Of a stretch of 64,000 nucleotides of DNA, positions 1-10,329 are shown in pieces. Under the pieces are notes generated by a model that saw nothing but the letters and a program-made list of their open reading frames with translations, made no database searches and was not told where the DNA came from. The position numbers were made by a program, and so were the translations under genes. Each line of letters begins with the position of its first letter. The stretch's first letter is position 1. The stretch lies in NCBI GenBank assembly GCA_963737655.1, contig CAVTTN010000002.1, positions 448,001-512,000 of the forward strand, given 5' to 3'. Source of the DNA: an uncultured Planctomycetota bacterium. Its GTDB lineage: Bacteria; Planctomycetota; Planctomycetia; Isosphaerales; Isosphaeraceae.

Positions 1-260
1 ATGGCGTGGACCGTCGGCGCCAGGGTGGAGTGGCCGGCCGCCTTGACGATCTCGGCCACGGCCTTCGGATCGGCCGTCCACACCGAGCAATTCCCCTGGC
101 GGGCGACGGTCGAGAGCTTCGCGTGGGCGGGCCCTCGCCAGTCCAGGCCCTTCATCTCGAGGAGGCGGATCTGGAAGTCCAGGGCGCCGGAATTCGGCCC
201 GGTCGCCGGCGCATCGGCCCCGAGGGCAACCAGGGCGAGCAGACCCGTGGCGATCATCAT
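1..260 (-). CDS. Secreted hypothetical protein, N-terminal part only (runs off window start)
   Basis: Manual translation MMIATGLLALVALGADAPATGPNSGALDFQIRLLEMKGLDWRG...; signal-peptide-like N-terminus, GGAGGAGG SD at 269-276, sigma70-like promoter upstream; absent from ORF track because it has no stop in the window. Confidence 0.7.
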   Translation of the reverse strand, partial: MMIATGLLALVALGADAPATGPNSGALDFQIRLLEMKGLDWRGPAHAKLSTVARQGNCSVWTADPKAVAEIVKAAGHSTLAPTVHA

Positions 261-308
261 CAAATCAACCTCCTCCGTCCATGAAAGGCACACCGCCAAG
301 CGGGCGGG

Positions 309-337
309 ATCATACGGACGATCCCCCGGGGCGTCAA
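309..337 (-). promoter_or_regulatory. sigma70-type promoter TTGACG-N17-TATGAT
   Basis: Near-consensus -35/-10 with 17-bp spacer, upstream of the minus-strand CDS at 260. Confidence 0.6.
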
Positions 338-423
338 CGCCGACCCCTCGGCCGACGAGGCGCCGATCTTGAGTCGAACTGGCCGGGTTCTTCCCGCCGC
401 GTCCCCTCGTGTACAAACCTTCC

Positions 424-452
424 TTGACGCCATCCCACCCCGATGCGAGAAT
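424..452 (+). promoter_or_regulatory. Putative sigma70 promoter TTGACG-N17-GAGAAT for the nuclease/ATPase operon
   Basis: -35 TTGACG, 17-bp spacer, weaker -10; divergent from the promoter at 309-337. Confidence 0.4.
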
Positions 453-490
453 CGGCCTGGATCCGGGCCGAAATCCCTTCGGGAGGGCCG

Positions 491-1648
491 ATGCCGCCCC
501 GTCCTCTTCGCTTCGTTCAGACCGGAGACTGGCACCTTGGCCAATCGTACGGGGCGATCCCCGACCCGTCGCTGGCCGATCGGCTGCGAGAGGCGAGGCT
601 CTCGGCCGTGGCTCGCGTCCTGGCCGAGGCGAGGCGCCTGGGCGCGGCGTTCGTCCTGGCGGCCGGCGACCAGTTCGACACGATCTCGCCCGATCCCCGA
701 TGGGTCTCCGGGATGTTCGACGCCGTGGCCTCGGCCCCCGAGGTCGTCGTCCACATGATCCCCGGCAATCACGACCCGCTGATGCCGGGCTCGGTCTACG
801 CTCGCGCCGAGTTCCGCCGGGCGCCCGCGAATCTGGTCCTGCATCGCGAGCCGGTCCCGGTCGCTCTGGAGGCGTTCGGCGCGACCCTCTTCCCGTGCCC
901 CTGCTTCGATCGCGCCGGGCCGGACCCGACGAGGTGGATTCCCCCGCGAGCCGAGTCCGACGGCCTGCGGATCGGCCTGGCCCACGGCTCCCTGCCGAAC
1001 TTCGGCGACGCCGACAACCGGAATTATCCGATCCCGGACGACGCCCCGAGCCGTCACGACCTCGATTACCTCGCCCTGGGCGACTGGCACACCGCCAACC
1101 CCGACCCCCGCGACTGGCCCGACGAGCGGATGTACTACGCCGGGGCGCCCGAGGTCGGCGGCTGGGACGAGACCGGCGCCGGCTCGGCCCTGCTGGTCGA
1201 GCTGGCCGACGCGGCGAGGCCGAGGGTCGTGCCTCTGGCCGTGGGCGAGTTCTCGTGGCTCGAAGTCCGCAAGGAGCTTCACGGCGAGGACGACGTGGCG
1301 GCGTTGACGGCCGATCTGGCGAGGATCGCCGGCCCCCGGTCGCTGGCGAGGGTCCGGGCCTCCGGCGCGTTGACCGCCGAGCTTCGAGGGCGGCTGGACG
1401 GCCTCCTGGAGGCGCTCCGACCCCAGTTCGCGGCCCTGGTGGCGAAGCTGGACGACCTGCGATTGGCCGTCGAGGACGACGCACCGACGGTCTCCGACCC
1501 GTTGATCCGCTCGGTCTTCGAGCGCCTCGCCCGGCTTTCCGCCGACCCTCTCGACGGCCTGCCCGCCTCGCTGCCGACGAGCGTCCCCGCGCCGGACCGC
1601 GACTCGATCGGCCGGGCCCGCGCCCTGTTCCGCGACCTCTTGCCCTGA
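491..1648 (+). CDS. Mre11/SbcD-like (YhaO-type) calcineurin-like DNA repair exonuclease
   Basis: Motifs GDWHLG, AGDQFD, PGNHD, AHG, LGDWH; GGAGG SD before ATG 491; adjacent SMC-like ATPase. Confidence 0.88.
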   Translation: MPPRPLRFVQTGDWHLGQSYGAIPDPSLADRLREARLSAVARVLAEARRLGAAFVLAAGDQFDTISPDPRWVSGMFDAVASAPEVVVHMIPGNHDPLMPGSVYARAEFRRAPANLVLHREPVPVALEAFGATLFPCPCFDRAGPDPTRWIPPRAESDGLRIGLAHGSLPNFGDADNRNYPIPDDAPSRHDLDYLALGDWHTANPDPRDWPDERMYYAGAPEVGGWDETGAGSALLVELADAARPRVVPLAVGEFSWLEVRKELHGEDDVAALTADLARIAGPRSLARVRASGALTAELRGRLDGLLEALRPQFAALVAKLDDLRLAVEDDAPTVSDPLIRSVFERLARLSADPLDGLPASLPTSVPAPDRDSIGRARALFRDLLP

Positions 1649-1658
1649 GGGGACGTCG

Positions 1659-4600
1659 ATGCACCTCCGGCGGATCGGCCTGGAGCAATGGGCCTGCCAC
1701 GAGTCCCTGGATGTCGAGTTCGGCGAGGGCGTGAACGTCTGCGTCGGCCCCAACGGCGCGGGCAAGTCCACGCTCTACCGGGCGATCCTCACGGCGCTCA
1801 CCGTCCGTCACAACTCGAAAGATCAATCGGTGATCGCCGGCGTCCACCCCTGGGGCACGGAGGGGGCCAGCCCTTCGGCGACCCTGGAGATCTCGCGGAT
1901 CGACGGCGATTGGACGCTCTCAAAAACGTACTTTCACAAGAAATCGTGCTCGCTCGAACACAAAACCCTCGGCGTGTTCCGCAACGCGGCCGGGGAGGAC
2001 CGGCTCCAGGAGTGGATCACGTCCGACGGCGCCTCGGGCCGGCTCTTGCTGTCGATGTGGAGCGCCCAGGATGACCCGACGGCCCTGGGCGATGGCGCCG
2101 GAGGGCGGGCCCGCCAGGCGAACGCGACGATCCTCGACGCGGTCTTCGATCGGATCGGCCGCCCTCAGGCGTCGGATTTGTTCGCCCGGGTCAAGCAGGA
2201 CGTGATCCGGAAATACTCCGAATCCTTCACGCCGAAGAACGCCGCGATCGTCCGCAATTCGCCGCTCGACCGCGCCCGGACCGAGCTTCAGAATGCTCGC
2301 GAGGCCCTGGCGGCCATCGAGGCCGAGCGGCGCGACCTCGAAGATAAGATCGCCGAGTTCCTCCGCCTGGAACGGCAGCTCGCCGAGGAGGGCCTCGCCC
2401 GGGACGACCTCCGCCGCCGCAAGGAGGAGCGCGAGCTCGCCGCGAAATCGCATGAAAAGGCGATGATCGTCTGGAGGGAGGCCGCCCGACGCGCCGAGGC
2501 CCTGAAGGCGACCAGAGACCGCCTCCGGACCGATCGCGACCGCCTGGACGCCGCCGAGAGGCGGCTCGCCGAGGCCGAGGCGGCATGGAAAACGCTCCAG
2601 GAGCGCGAGCCGGAGGTCGAGGGGGCCGCCGCCTCCGCTCGGCTCAAGCTGGAGGCCCTCGACGCGACGAAACGCCGCGCCGATGACGTTTTCGAGGCGA
2701 TGGATCGCCCGTTGAAGAACCTCCGGGAACTCAATGACCAGGCCGAACGGATCGACGCGGCCGAGCAGACTTTCCAGGCCCAGCGAGCCGCCGCGAAGGT
2801 CGCCAGGGAGTTGAGGGATCGGCGGCTCGCCGATTGGGAAGATGCGAAGTCGCGGAGGCTCCAGGCCGAATCCCGGGCCGAATCGTCGCGGAGGGCCGAG
2901 CTCCGGGCCCTCCGGGAGGCCGCCCAATCGCGATGGGCGCTCGCCGACGCCGCCCTCCGCGACGCCGAGGCTCGATCGCGGGCCGTCCGCCGGAAAGCCC
3001 TGCGAGACATCATCGAGAACGTCCGCCGGCTCGAAGCGAAAAAGGACGCCATCGCCCCGCCCGACGGCCCCGTCCCCTCGAGAGACGAACTCGAGGCCAT
3101 CCGCCGCGACGAGGCCGAGATCCGCGTCCTCGAAGCGGAGATCGCCACGGACTCGCTGACGGTCCAGTTCGACGCCGAGGGTCCGATCTCGGTCCTCGTC
3201 GCGATCGACGGCGGCGACGAGGTTCAACGAGCCGTCGAGCCGGGCGGCCCTTGCATCGAACGGGGCGCCGCCCGCCTCCTCTTGACGATTCCCGGAGTGG
3301 GCCGGATCGCGATCGGACGAACGGCGAACGAGCCGGCCGAACGGCTCCTCCGCAAGGACGAGGCGGCCCGGGCGCTCGCCGATCGGTTCGAGCGATGGAA
3401 CGCGCCGTCGTCGGCCGCCCTGATCGCCAGGAAGGACCGCGAAGAATCGAGGGCGGCGCTGGCCCTGGAAATCCGGGCCAGCCTGGGCGACGGGACCCTT
3501 GCCGAGATCGAGGCCGAGGCGGCCGAAATCGACTCCTGGTTCGCCTCCGAGGGGATTCGGCCGCCGGACCCCGGGCCGGGCTCCTCTCGAATCGAGCGGG
3601 CCGCCCTGAAAAAAGCGGCCGACGAGGCCCTCCGCGATCGCGATCTGGCCGTCTCGCGATGCGAAGGGGACCCCGAGGAAGGCCCGGCGGCGACGATCCC
3701 CCGGGACGAGGCGGATCGGATCGCCGCCGAGGCCCTGAGGGCGGAAAAGAGGGCCGAAGCGCTCCGGGACGAGGCCGAACGGGCGTGGGTCCGCGCCGAG
3801 GCGGAGGCCGAGAGCGCCTCGAAGGCCCGGCTCGACGCTCAGATCGAGCTCGACCACCTCTCGGGAGGCGATCCTCACGAGCATTCCGCTCGCCTCCGTT
3901 CCGAGCTCGAAGGCTTCCGGGCGGAGCTCGTCGCCCTGGGCTTCGAGATGGCCTCGGCCGACCGCAACGCCGCGGTCCGGATCCGCAAGAAGATCGCCGA
4001 CCGCCTGGCCCTCGAAAGGCGCGAATCCGTCGAGGCCGAGACGGCCCTGGGCGAGCTTCGAGGCGCCCTGGCCCGCGAGGAGACGGCGGTCCGGGAGCGT
4101 CGGCTCGCCCTCGATCGGCTCCGGGCCGAGACCGGCGACCTCGGCGACCCCGAGGCGCGGGCCTCGGCCGTGGAGGAGGCCGAGTCGGCGTTCCAGTACG
4201 CCGAGGCCGCGGCGAGACTCCGATTCGAGGAGCTCCCGCCCGACCCGTCGGCCCTCGACGATGACCTCGCCGCCCTCTTCGAGTCGAGCCGGCGCGCCTG
4301 CCATGACCTGGAAAAGACGCTCTACGGACTTGGCCAGGTGCTCGAAGAACTCGGAGGCCGAGGGATCGGCTCGAAAGAAGCAGAAGCCCGCGAACGGCTG
4401 GCGAGGGCCGAGGATCAGGAGAAGGCGCTCGCCCGGGACGCCACCGCCTGGGCCCTGCTCTCGCACCTGCTCGAAACGGCCGAGGCCGAACAGGCCCGAG
4501 GGGTGGCGCAGAGGCTTCGATCCCTGACCGATTCGCTGGTCGGCCGGCTCACCGACCGGCAGGTCGCCGAGGTCCTCCCCGACGAGCAGACCCTCTGGCC

Positions 4601-4958
4601 CAGCCGGGCGAGGTCGGCCTCCTCCGGGCCCCTGGCGGAGCTCGAACGCTTCTCCCGAGGGACCCGCGAGCAGGTCGCGCTCGCCTATCGCCTCCAGGTC
4701 GGCCTGCTGCTCGCCCAGGAAGCCCGGCACATGCTCCTCCTGGATGACCCGCTCGCCCACACCGACGCCGACCGCCATCGCGAGGCCCTCGCCGTCCTCG
4801 CCGAGATCGGCCGGGACGTGCAGCTGATCCTCTTCACCTGCCACCGCGACCGCTACGCCCCTCTCTGGGAGCGAGGCGACGCCCGGTGCATCGATCTGGG
4901 GGGACCCGGCGTCCCGGGGAAACCGGCGTCCGATCCATTCTTGGCGGCGAATGATTGA
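1659..4958 (+). CDS. SMC/Rad50/SbcC-like (YhaN-type) coiled-coil ABC-type ATPase
   Basis: N-terminal Walker A GPNGAGKST, long coiled coil, C-terminal signature FSRGTREQ, Walker B LLLDD, FTCH. Confidence 0.88.
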   Translation: MHLRRIGLEQWACHESLDVEFGEGVNVCVGPNGAGKSTLYRAILTALTVRHNSKDQSVIAGVHPWGTEGASPSATLEISRIDGDWTLSKTYFHKKSCSLEHKTLGVFRNAAGEDRLQEWITSDGASGRLLLSMWSAQDDPTALGDGAGGRARQANATILDAVFDRIGRPQASDLFARVKQDVIRKYSESFTPKNAAIVRNSPLDRARTELQNAREALAAIEAERRDLEDKIAEFLRLERQLAEEGLARDDLRRRKEERELAAKSHEKAMIVWREAARRAEALKATRDRLRTDRDRLDAAERRLAEAEAAWKTLQEREPEVEGAAASARLKLEALDATKRRADDVFEAMDRPLKNLRELNDQAERIDAAEQTFQAQRAAAKVARELRDRRLADWEDAKSRRLQAESRAESSRRAELRALREAAQSRWALADAALRDAEARSRAVRRKALRDIIENVRRLEAKKDAIAPPDGPVPSRDELEAIRRDEAEIRVLEAEIATDSLTVQFDAEGPISVLVAIDGGDEVQRAVEPGGPCIERGAARLLLTIPGVGRIAIGRTANEPAERLLRKDEAARALADRFERWNAPSSAALIARKDREESRAALALEIRASLGDGTLAEIEAEAAEIDSWFASEGIRPPDPGPGSSRIERAALKKAADEALRDRDLAVSRCEGDPEEGPAATIPRDEADRIAAEALRAEKRAEALRDEAERAWVRAEAEAESASKARLDAQIELDHLSGGDPHEHSARLRSELEGFRAELVALGFEMASADRNAAVRIRKKIADRLALERRESVEAETALGELRGALAREETAVRERRLALDRLRAETGDLGDPEARASAVEEAESAFQYAEAAARLRFEELPPDPSALDDDLAALFESSRRACHDLEKTLYGLGQVLEELGGRGIGSKEAEARERLARAEDQEKALARDATAWALLSHLLETAEAEQARGVAQRLRSLTDSLVGRLTDRQVAEVLPDEQTLWPSRARSASSGPLAELERFSRGTREQVALAYRLQVGLLLAQEARHMLLLDDPLAHTDADRHREALAVLAEIGRDVQLILFTCHRDRYAPLWERGDARCIDLGGPGVPGKPASDPFLAAND

Positions 4959-5066
4959 TCGGACACTCGTTTCTCCCACCTCGGGCCGACTGGCATCGCG
5001 GCCGGCCGAGGCCCTACAATGCGAGTCTCCTGGAACCCCGATCCGCCCCAGACCGGAGACGACGCC

Positions 5067-5390
5067 ATGCCCTCGCCCGACGCCCTGTACGAAGAGGCCG
5101 TGACCCTCCGCGAGGCCGGACATCGGCCCGAGGCGATCGCGAAGCTGGAGGAGGCCGTGACGGCCGACCCGTCGTTCACGATCGGCCACGGGATGCTCGC
5201 CAAGCTGTATGCGGACGTCGCCGAGACCGAGAAGGCGATCCTCCACGCCCGGAAGGTCGTGGAGCTGGAGCCCGACGACACCTTCAGCTACACGGCGCTG
5301 TCGGTGATCTACCAGCGATGCGGCAAGATCCCGGAGGCCGAGGAGGCCAAGGCGAAGGCGTATTACAAGCAGCACGGGATGGACGGATGA
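5067..5390 (+). CDS. Small TPR protein
   Basis: TPR-like helices (AIAKLEEAVTADP; HARKVVELEPDDTFSYTALSVIY); GGAG SD. Confidence 0.8.
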   Translation: MPSPDALYEEAVTLREAGHRPEAIAKLEEAVTADPSFTIGHGMLAKLYADVAETEKAILHARKVVELEPDDTFSYTALSVIYQRCGKIPEAEEAKAKAYYKQHGMDG

Positions 5391-5499
5391 GAATCCGTCG
5401 CGAGGGCGGGCGTCCGGTGGATTCATGCGTCCGGAGAGGGTATCCTGGAGGCGCCGGGCAAGGCATCGGCCCGGCCTCGCCACTCCCGGAGCCCTCGCC

Positions 5500-6627
5500 A
5501 TGACCCGCGCCTTCCGAATGCTCGCAGCGACGACGCTGGCCCTCCTCCTCTCCGCGGCGACCGCCCCGGCCCAGTACGCCTACCCGGCCGGCTATGGCGG
5601 CTACGGCTGGGGCGGCTGGGGGGGCGGACACACGGCTCAGGGGGACATCGCCCGAGGGATGGGCGCCTTCGCCGCCGGGGCCGGCGTGTACAACGCCAAC
5701 ACCGCCGCCGCCCGCAACATGAACGCCCAGACCGCCCTGATGTGGAACCAGTACTGGTACGAGGCCCAGCAGGAATCCAACCGCAAGTACATCGCCAAGA
5801 TGGCCGCCGAGAAGGCCGAGAACCTCCAGGCCCGCAAGGACATCTACAATCGCCTCCGCGACAATCCCAACGCCGTGGACATCAACCGCGGCGACGCCCT
5901 GAACGTGATCCTCGACGAACTGAACAACCCCAAGGTCTACGTCCGGGGCCTGAAGTCCGCCTCGATCAAGTTCCCCGGCGACCTGATCCGCCAGATCCCC
6001 TTCAACTACGCCTCGGGCGCCGTGACCGCCACCGTCCACAGCCTGACCACCAAGGGATCGGCCCCGGCGATCCTCAAGACCGAGCCGTACCGCCCCGACA
6101 TGGAGAAGCTCCGGGCCATCGGCGCCAAGATCCGCGAGCAGGACGAGAAGGGCGGCAAGATCGATTCCGACACCCTGGAGCAGGCCCGGACCGTCCTCGC
6201 GGCGCTGAGGACCAAGGTCGAGGCGAACCTCGCCCCAGGCACCCGCGAGCGCAACGACGCGGAGCGGTTCATCAAGGCGTGCATCGGCCTGTCGAAGATG
6301 CTGGAGACCCCGGCCATCAACGTCCTGCTCTCGGGCGTCGAGAACCACCCCGAGACGACCGTCGGCGACTTGCTGGCCTTCATGAAGGCGTTCAACCTCC
6401 GCTTCGGCGTCGCCGACCAGCCCGCGCAGCGGGCCGCCTACAACGAGCTCTACCCGCTCCTGGCCAAGCTCAGCGACGAGGCGTTCCCCGACCAGAAGCC
6501 GATCGGCCCCGTCGACGAGCAGGCGCTGGACCCGAGCCGCACCACCGACTTCTTCAACGGGATGGAGATGAAGGAAGTCGCCAAGAAGACCACCCCTCCG
6601 CCGCCCCCTCCGGCCGGCCGCCCGTGA
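5500..6627 (+). CDS. Secreted hypothetical protein with Gly/Tyr/Trp-rich N-terminus and Pro-rich tail
   Basis: Signal peptide ending APA-Q, YGGYGWGGWGGG segment, strong GC3 codon bias. Confidence 0.8.
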   Translation: MTRAFRMLAATTLALLLSAATAPAQYAYPAGYGGYGWGGWGGGHTAQGDIARGMGAFAAGAGVYNANTAAARNMNAQTALMWNQYWYEAQQESNRKYIAKMAAEKAENLQARKDIYNRLRDNPNAVDINRGDALNVILDELNNPKVYVRGLKSASIKFPGDLIRQIPFNYASGAVTATVHSLTTKGSAPAILKTEPYRPDMEKLRAIGAKIREQDEKGGKIDSDTLEQARTVLAALRTKVEANLAPGTRERNDAERFIKACIGLSKMLETPAINVLLSGVENHPETTVGDLLAFMKAFNLRFGVADQPAQRAAYNELYPLLAKLSDEAFPDQKPIGPVDEQALDPSRTTDFFNGMEMKEVAKKTTPPPPPPAGRP

Positions 6628-6728
6628 TCGACGGATCGGCCGGTTTCCCCGAAGGGGCCGCGCCCAGTCGGCTCGGCCCCTCTCGCCGCCTCTCGAATTG
6701 ACCCGCCACCGACGCCCCGGAGCCGTCC

Positions 6729-8431
6729 ATGACCCGGCCCTTCCTCGCGATCGCCGCCCTGGCCCTCCTCGCCTCGCCGGCCCCGGCCGACGGCCCGAGG
6801 CCCGGCGAGGACCTCCTCCGCCTCTATGAGCACTTCCACACCCACCCCGAGCTCTCGTTCAAGGAAGTGAACACGGCGAAGACCGTGGCCGACGAGCTCA
6901 AGGCGGCCGGGGCCGAGGTCACACCGGGCGTGGGCAAGCTCGGCGTGGTCGGCGTGATGAAGAACGGCCCGGGGCCGACCGTCCTCGTCCGCTCGGACCT
7001 CGACGCCCTCCCCGTGACCGAGGCGACCGGCCTCCCCTACGCCAGCAAGGCCACGACGAAGGACGACGAGGGGAACACCGTCGGCGTGATGCACGCCTGC
7101 GGCCACGACGTCCACATGACCTGCCTCGTCGGCACCGCCCGATGGCTCTCGGCCCACAAGGACGGGTGGTCGGGCACCGTCATCTTCATCGGCCAGCCCG
7201 CCGAGGAGAAGGTCGGGGCGCGAAGGAAATGCTCGCCGACGGCCTCTACACGAGGTTCCCGAAGCCCGATTTCGCCCTGGCGCTGCACGTCGCCCACGAC
7301 CTGGAGGCCGGCAAGCTCGCCTATTGCTCCGGCCCGGCGATGGCGAGCTCGACCTCGGTGGACGTGATCGTCCGGGGGAAGGGGGGGCACGGGGCGATGC
7401 CCCACAACACCGTCGATCCGATCGTCCTCGCCTCGTTCCTCGTCCTGGACCTCCAGACGATCGTCAGCCGGGAGATCAAGCCGATCGACCCGGCGGTGGT
7501 GACCGTCGGCTCGATCCACGGCGGGACCAAGCACAACATCATCCCGTCCGACGTCCACCTCCAGCTCACCTTGCGGGCCTTCAAGGACGAGGTCCGCGAC
7601 CAGCTCATCGAAGGGATCAAGAGACGAGCCAACGGCCTGGCCGCCGCCCATCGGGCCCCGGCGATGACCGTCGAGATCAGCGACGGCACCCCGCCGACGA
7701 TCAACACGCCGTCCCTGGTGCAGAAGGTCGTCCCGTTCCTGAAAGGGGCGGTCGGGGCGGCGAACGTCGAGGAAGTCGAGCCGACGATGGGCGCGGAGGA
7801 CTTCGGCCTCTTCGGCCAGGGAGGAGTCCCGACCTTCATGTTCCGCCTCGGCACGATCCCGCCCGAGAAGGTCGCCGAGGCCCGGGCGAAGGACGAGACG
7901 CTCCCCTCCCTGCACTCCTCCTTCTATTTCCCCGACCCCAAGCCCAGCATCGAGACGGGCGTCCGGGCGATGACGGCGGCCGTCGTCGGGTTGCTTCCGC
8001 CTCCGGGGAAGGCGAGCGATCGCCGCGCCCCGATCGACGATCTCCGGCCAACCGACCTCTTGACCTCGACCGGGACCCGGACCTTCTTCAACACCCGGAT
8101 GTCGATCAGCCTGGTGGAAAACCGGGGCAAGATCGAATGCCGAATCCGCCGTTACCGCCCGGCCGGGATGGAAGGATACGTGGAAGCGGGGCCGATTCGG
8201 CCCCTCTTCGATGCCGATTCCCGCTGGTTCGTCTATCCCCAGGCCGACGACCAGGTGTGGACCTTCGACGGTCGCGACCATCTCATCTCGACCGTCTTCG
8301 GCCGGGATCACCCGGATAACGTCATGTGGAATCAGGTCGGGCCCGACGATCCGGACAATGGCCGGACGTTGCCCGAGAAGTTCAAGAATCGGCTCCCGAA
8401 GGAATTTGTGGAGAGCTTTCAAAAAAAGTAA
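6729..8431 (+). CDS. Secreted M20/M25/M40 amidohydrolase, split by a 1-nt deletion at ~7215-7218, with ~140-aa C-terminal extension
   Basis: HPELSF, RSDLDALP, MHACGHD, QPAEE in ORF 6729; GGHGAMPH, GAEDF, LHS in ORF 7142; adding one G gives AEEKVGGAKEML. Confidence 0.85.
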
Positions 8432-8458
8432 CCGCCGTCATCGCCATGATCGTTGACC

Positions 8459-8487
8459 CTCGTTCCCCGACGGAGCGGGGGAACGAG
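8459..8487. repeat. Intergenic hairpin CTCGTTCCCC/GGGGAACGAG (REP-like or terminator)
   Basis: 10-bp perfect inverted repeat just after the amidohydrolase stop. Confidence 0.5.
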
Positions 8488-8529
8488 CTGGGTTTCGATC
8501 GCTCGTCAGGCGGCGGGGGAGGCAGTCAG

Positions 8530-9021
8530 ATGATCTCCGGCGAATTGCAGCCTCTGCCCTGGAACCGTAGGGTCATCAATGACATCCTCTTTGCGGCCTT
8601 CCTGCTCCCGTGGCTCCTCATGGGCGGAGGTTCGACACTGGTCGGAGCGCTGGCCGTCGGCCCTCGACGAGGCGACGACCTCTTCTCGGGGTTGCGGATC
8701 TGCTTGCCGGCCGGGCTTGCGCTCCTCGCCGGCGTCGGCTGGATGGCCTACTCTCATTTCTGGTCCGTGCCCCGTCGCACCGTCCAGGCATTTGAGTTCG
8801 CGAACGGCATCCTCAGCCTTCAGACCCCGCGCGGTTCGGCTTCCGTTTCGGCAAAGGACCTCCTGAGCCTGTCGGAGCAACGCGGCGTGCGAGGCCACGG
8901 CCTCTTGGGCTGGTGGCTCCGGTTCCATCGACATCATCCGGTCTATCTGCCTCGCGCGATCGACCGCGGGGCCGAGTTGGTCGAACGGCTGCGGGCTCCG
9001 GGTTCGGGGCAGTACGCCTAA
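8530..9021 (+). CDS. Hypothetical membrane protein (2 TM plus soluble domain)
   Basis: GGAGG SD before ATG 8530; two hydrophobic segments. Confidence 0.6.
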   Translation: MISGELQPLPWNRRVINDILFAAFLLPWLLMGGGSTLVGALAVGPRRGDDLFSGLRICLPAGLALLAGVGWMAYSHFWSVPRRTVQAFEFANGILSLQTPRGSASVSAKDLLSLSEQRGVRGHGLLGWWLRFHRHHPVYLPRAIDRGAELVERLRAPGSGQYA

Positions 9022-9168
9022 CCTGGCTCTGCGGCGGACCCCGCACCGCCGCGGCGCTTTCTGCGACGATCCGAGGTCGATCGGGAAGGCTGGTCCGCTG
9101 AACCTGGTCGGTGACTGCCCGAATCGTGATCCAGAATCCGCGTCGCTCCCTCGTTCCCGGGCCGAACC

Positions 9169-10281
9169 ATGCGCATCCCCTACGAGATCGAACGGCCCGA
9201 AGACCTCCTGAGCCCGTCGCTCCTCGTGTTCCGCGACACCGTCCGCGAGAACATCGAGACGATGATCGGCCTGGCCGGCTCGGCCGATCGGCTGCGGCCC
9301 CATGCGAAGACCCACAAGATGCCGGCGATGATCCGGCTCCTCGAATCGTTCGGGATCGGCAAACATAAGTGCGCCACGATCGCCGAGGCGGAGATGATCG
9401 CCGAGGCCGGCGGTCGCGACGTGCTGATCGCCTATCCGCTCGTCGGGCCGAACACGGAGCGGCTCGCGGCGCTCGTCGACCGCTTCCCCGACACGACCTT
9501 TCGGACGGCCGTGGACGACTTCGACTCGGCTCGCGCACTCTCCCGGGCGATGACAACCGGCGAGCGCCCTCTGCTCCCCGTGCTCGTCGATCTGGACGTC
9601 GGGATGGGCCGGACGGGCATCGACCCGTCGCTCGCGTTCGACCTCTATCGCCGGATTCACGAGCTGCCGGGCCTGGTCGCCGACGGCCTCCAGGCGTATG
9701 ACGGCCACCTCCGCGACGCCGACCCCGAGGCGCGTCGCCTGGCGGCCGAACCCGGCCTCGCCGCGGTGCGGAACCTCCGAACACGGCTGGAATCCGAGGG
9801 CTTGCCCGTGCCGAGGGTCGTCCTCGGAGGGACGCCGACGTTCCCGATCCACGCCCGCCAGAGAGACCCCGGGTTCGAGGCGTCTCCGGGCACCTGCGTC
9901 TTCCACGACGCCGGTTACGCCGAGAAGTTCCCCGACCTGCCGTTCCGGCCGGCCGCCGTGCTGCTGACCCGGGTCATCAGCCGCCCGAGGCCGGGCCGCC
10001 TCTGCCTCGACCTCGGCCACAAGGCCGTCGCCGCCGACCCGGCCGGGGCTCGGCTGAGACTTCCGTACCTGCCCGAAGCGACCCTGGGCCCTCAGAGCGA
10101 GGAACACCTGGTGGTCGAGACCGCCAGGTCCGGCGACTTCCCGCCCGGGACGCCCCTGGTGGCCATCCCCACCCACATCTGCCCCACCGTCGCCCTCCAC
10201 CGATGGGCCTATGTGATCGAACATGGCCGGGTCGTCGATCGCTGGGAAGTCGGCGCCCGGGACCGTGTCCTCTCGTTGTGA
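9169..10281 (+). CDS. D-TA family PLP-dependent enzyme (D-threonine aldolase / D-serine dehydratase-like, fold type III)
   Basis: LRPHAKTHK PLP-lysine motif, GMGRTG, YDGH, GGTPT, SEEH, PTHICPT. Confidence 0.9.
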   Translation: MRIPYEIERPEDLLSPSLLVFRDTVRENIETMIGLAGSADRLRPHAKTHKMPAMIRLLESFGIGKHKCATIAEAEMIAEAGGRDVLIAYPLVGPNTERLAALVDRFPDTTFRTAVDDFDSARALSRAMTTGERPLLPVLVDLDVGMGRTGIDPSLAFDLYRRIHELPGLVADGLQAYDGHLRDADPEARRLAAEPGLAAVRNLRTRLESEGLPVPRVVLGGTPTFPIHARQRDPGFEASPGTCVFHDAGYAEKFPDLPFRPAAVLLTRVISRPRPGRLCLDLGHKAVAADPAGARLRLPYLPEATLGPQSEEHLVVETARSGDFPPGTPLVAIPTHICPTVALHRWAYVIEHGRVVDRWEVGARDRVLSL

Positions 10282-10329
10282 ATCGGGGACGGAGCGCCTG
10301 ATCGCTCGGAAAGCTATGGGAAACGCTGA

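Noticed and set aside
1920..5501. Long antisense ORFs (e.g. 1920-5501, 29660-32218, 44173-46764, 48460-50853)
   Set aside because: Shadow ORFs typical of ~70% GC DNA, lying opposite genes with clear motifs
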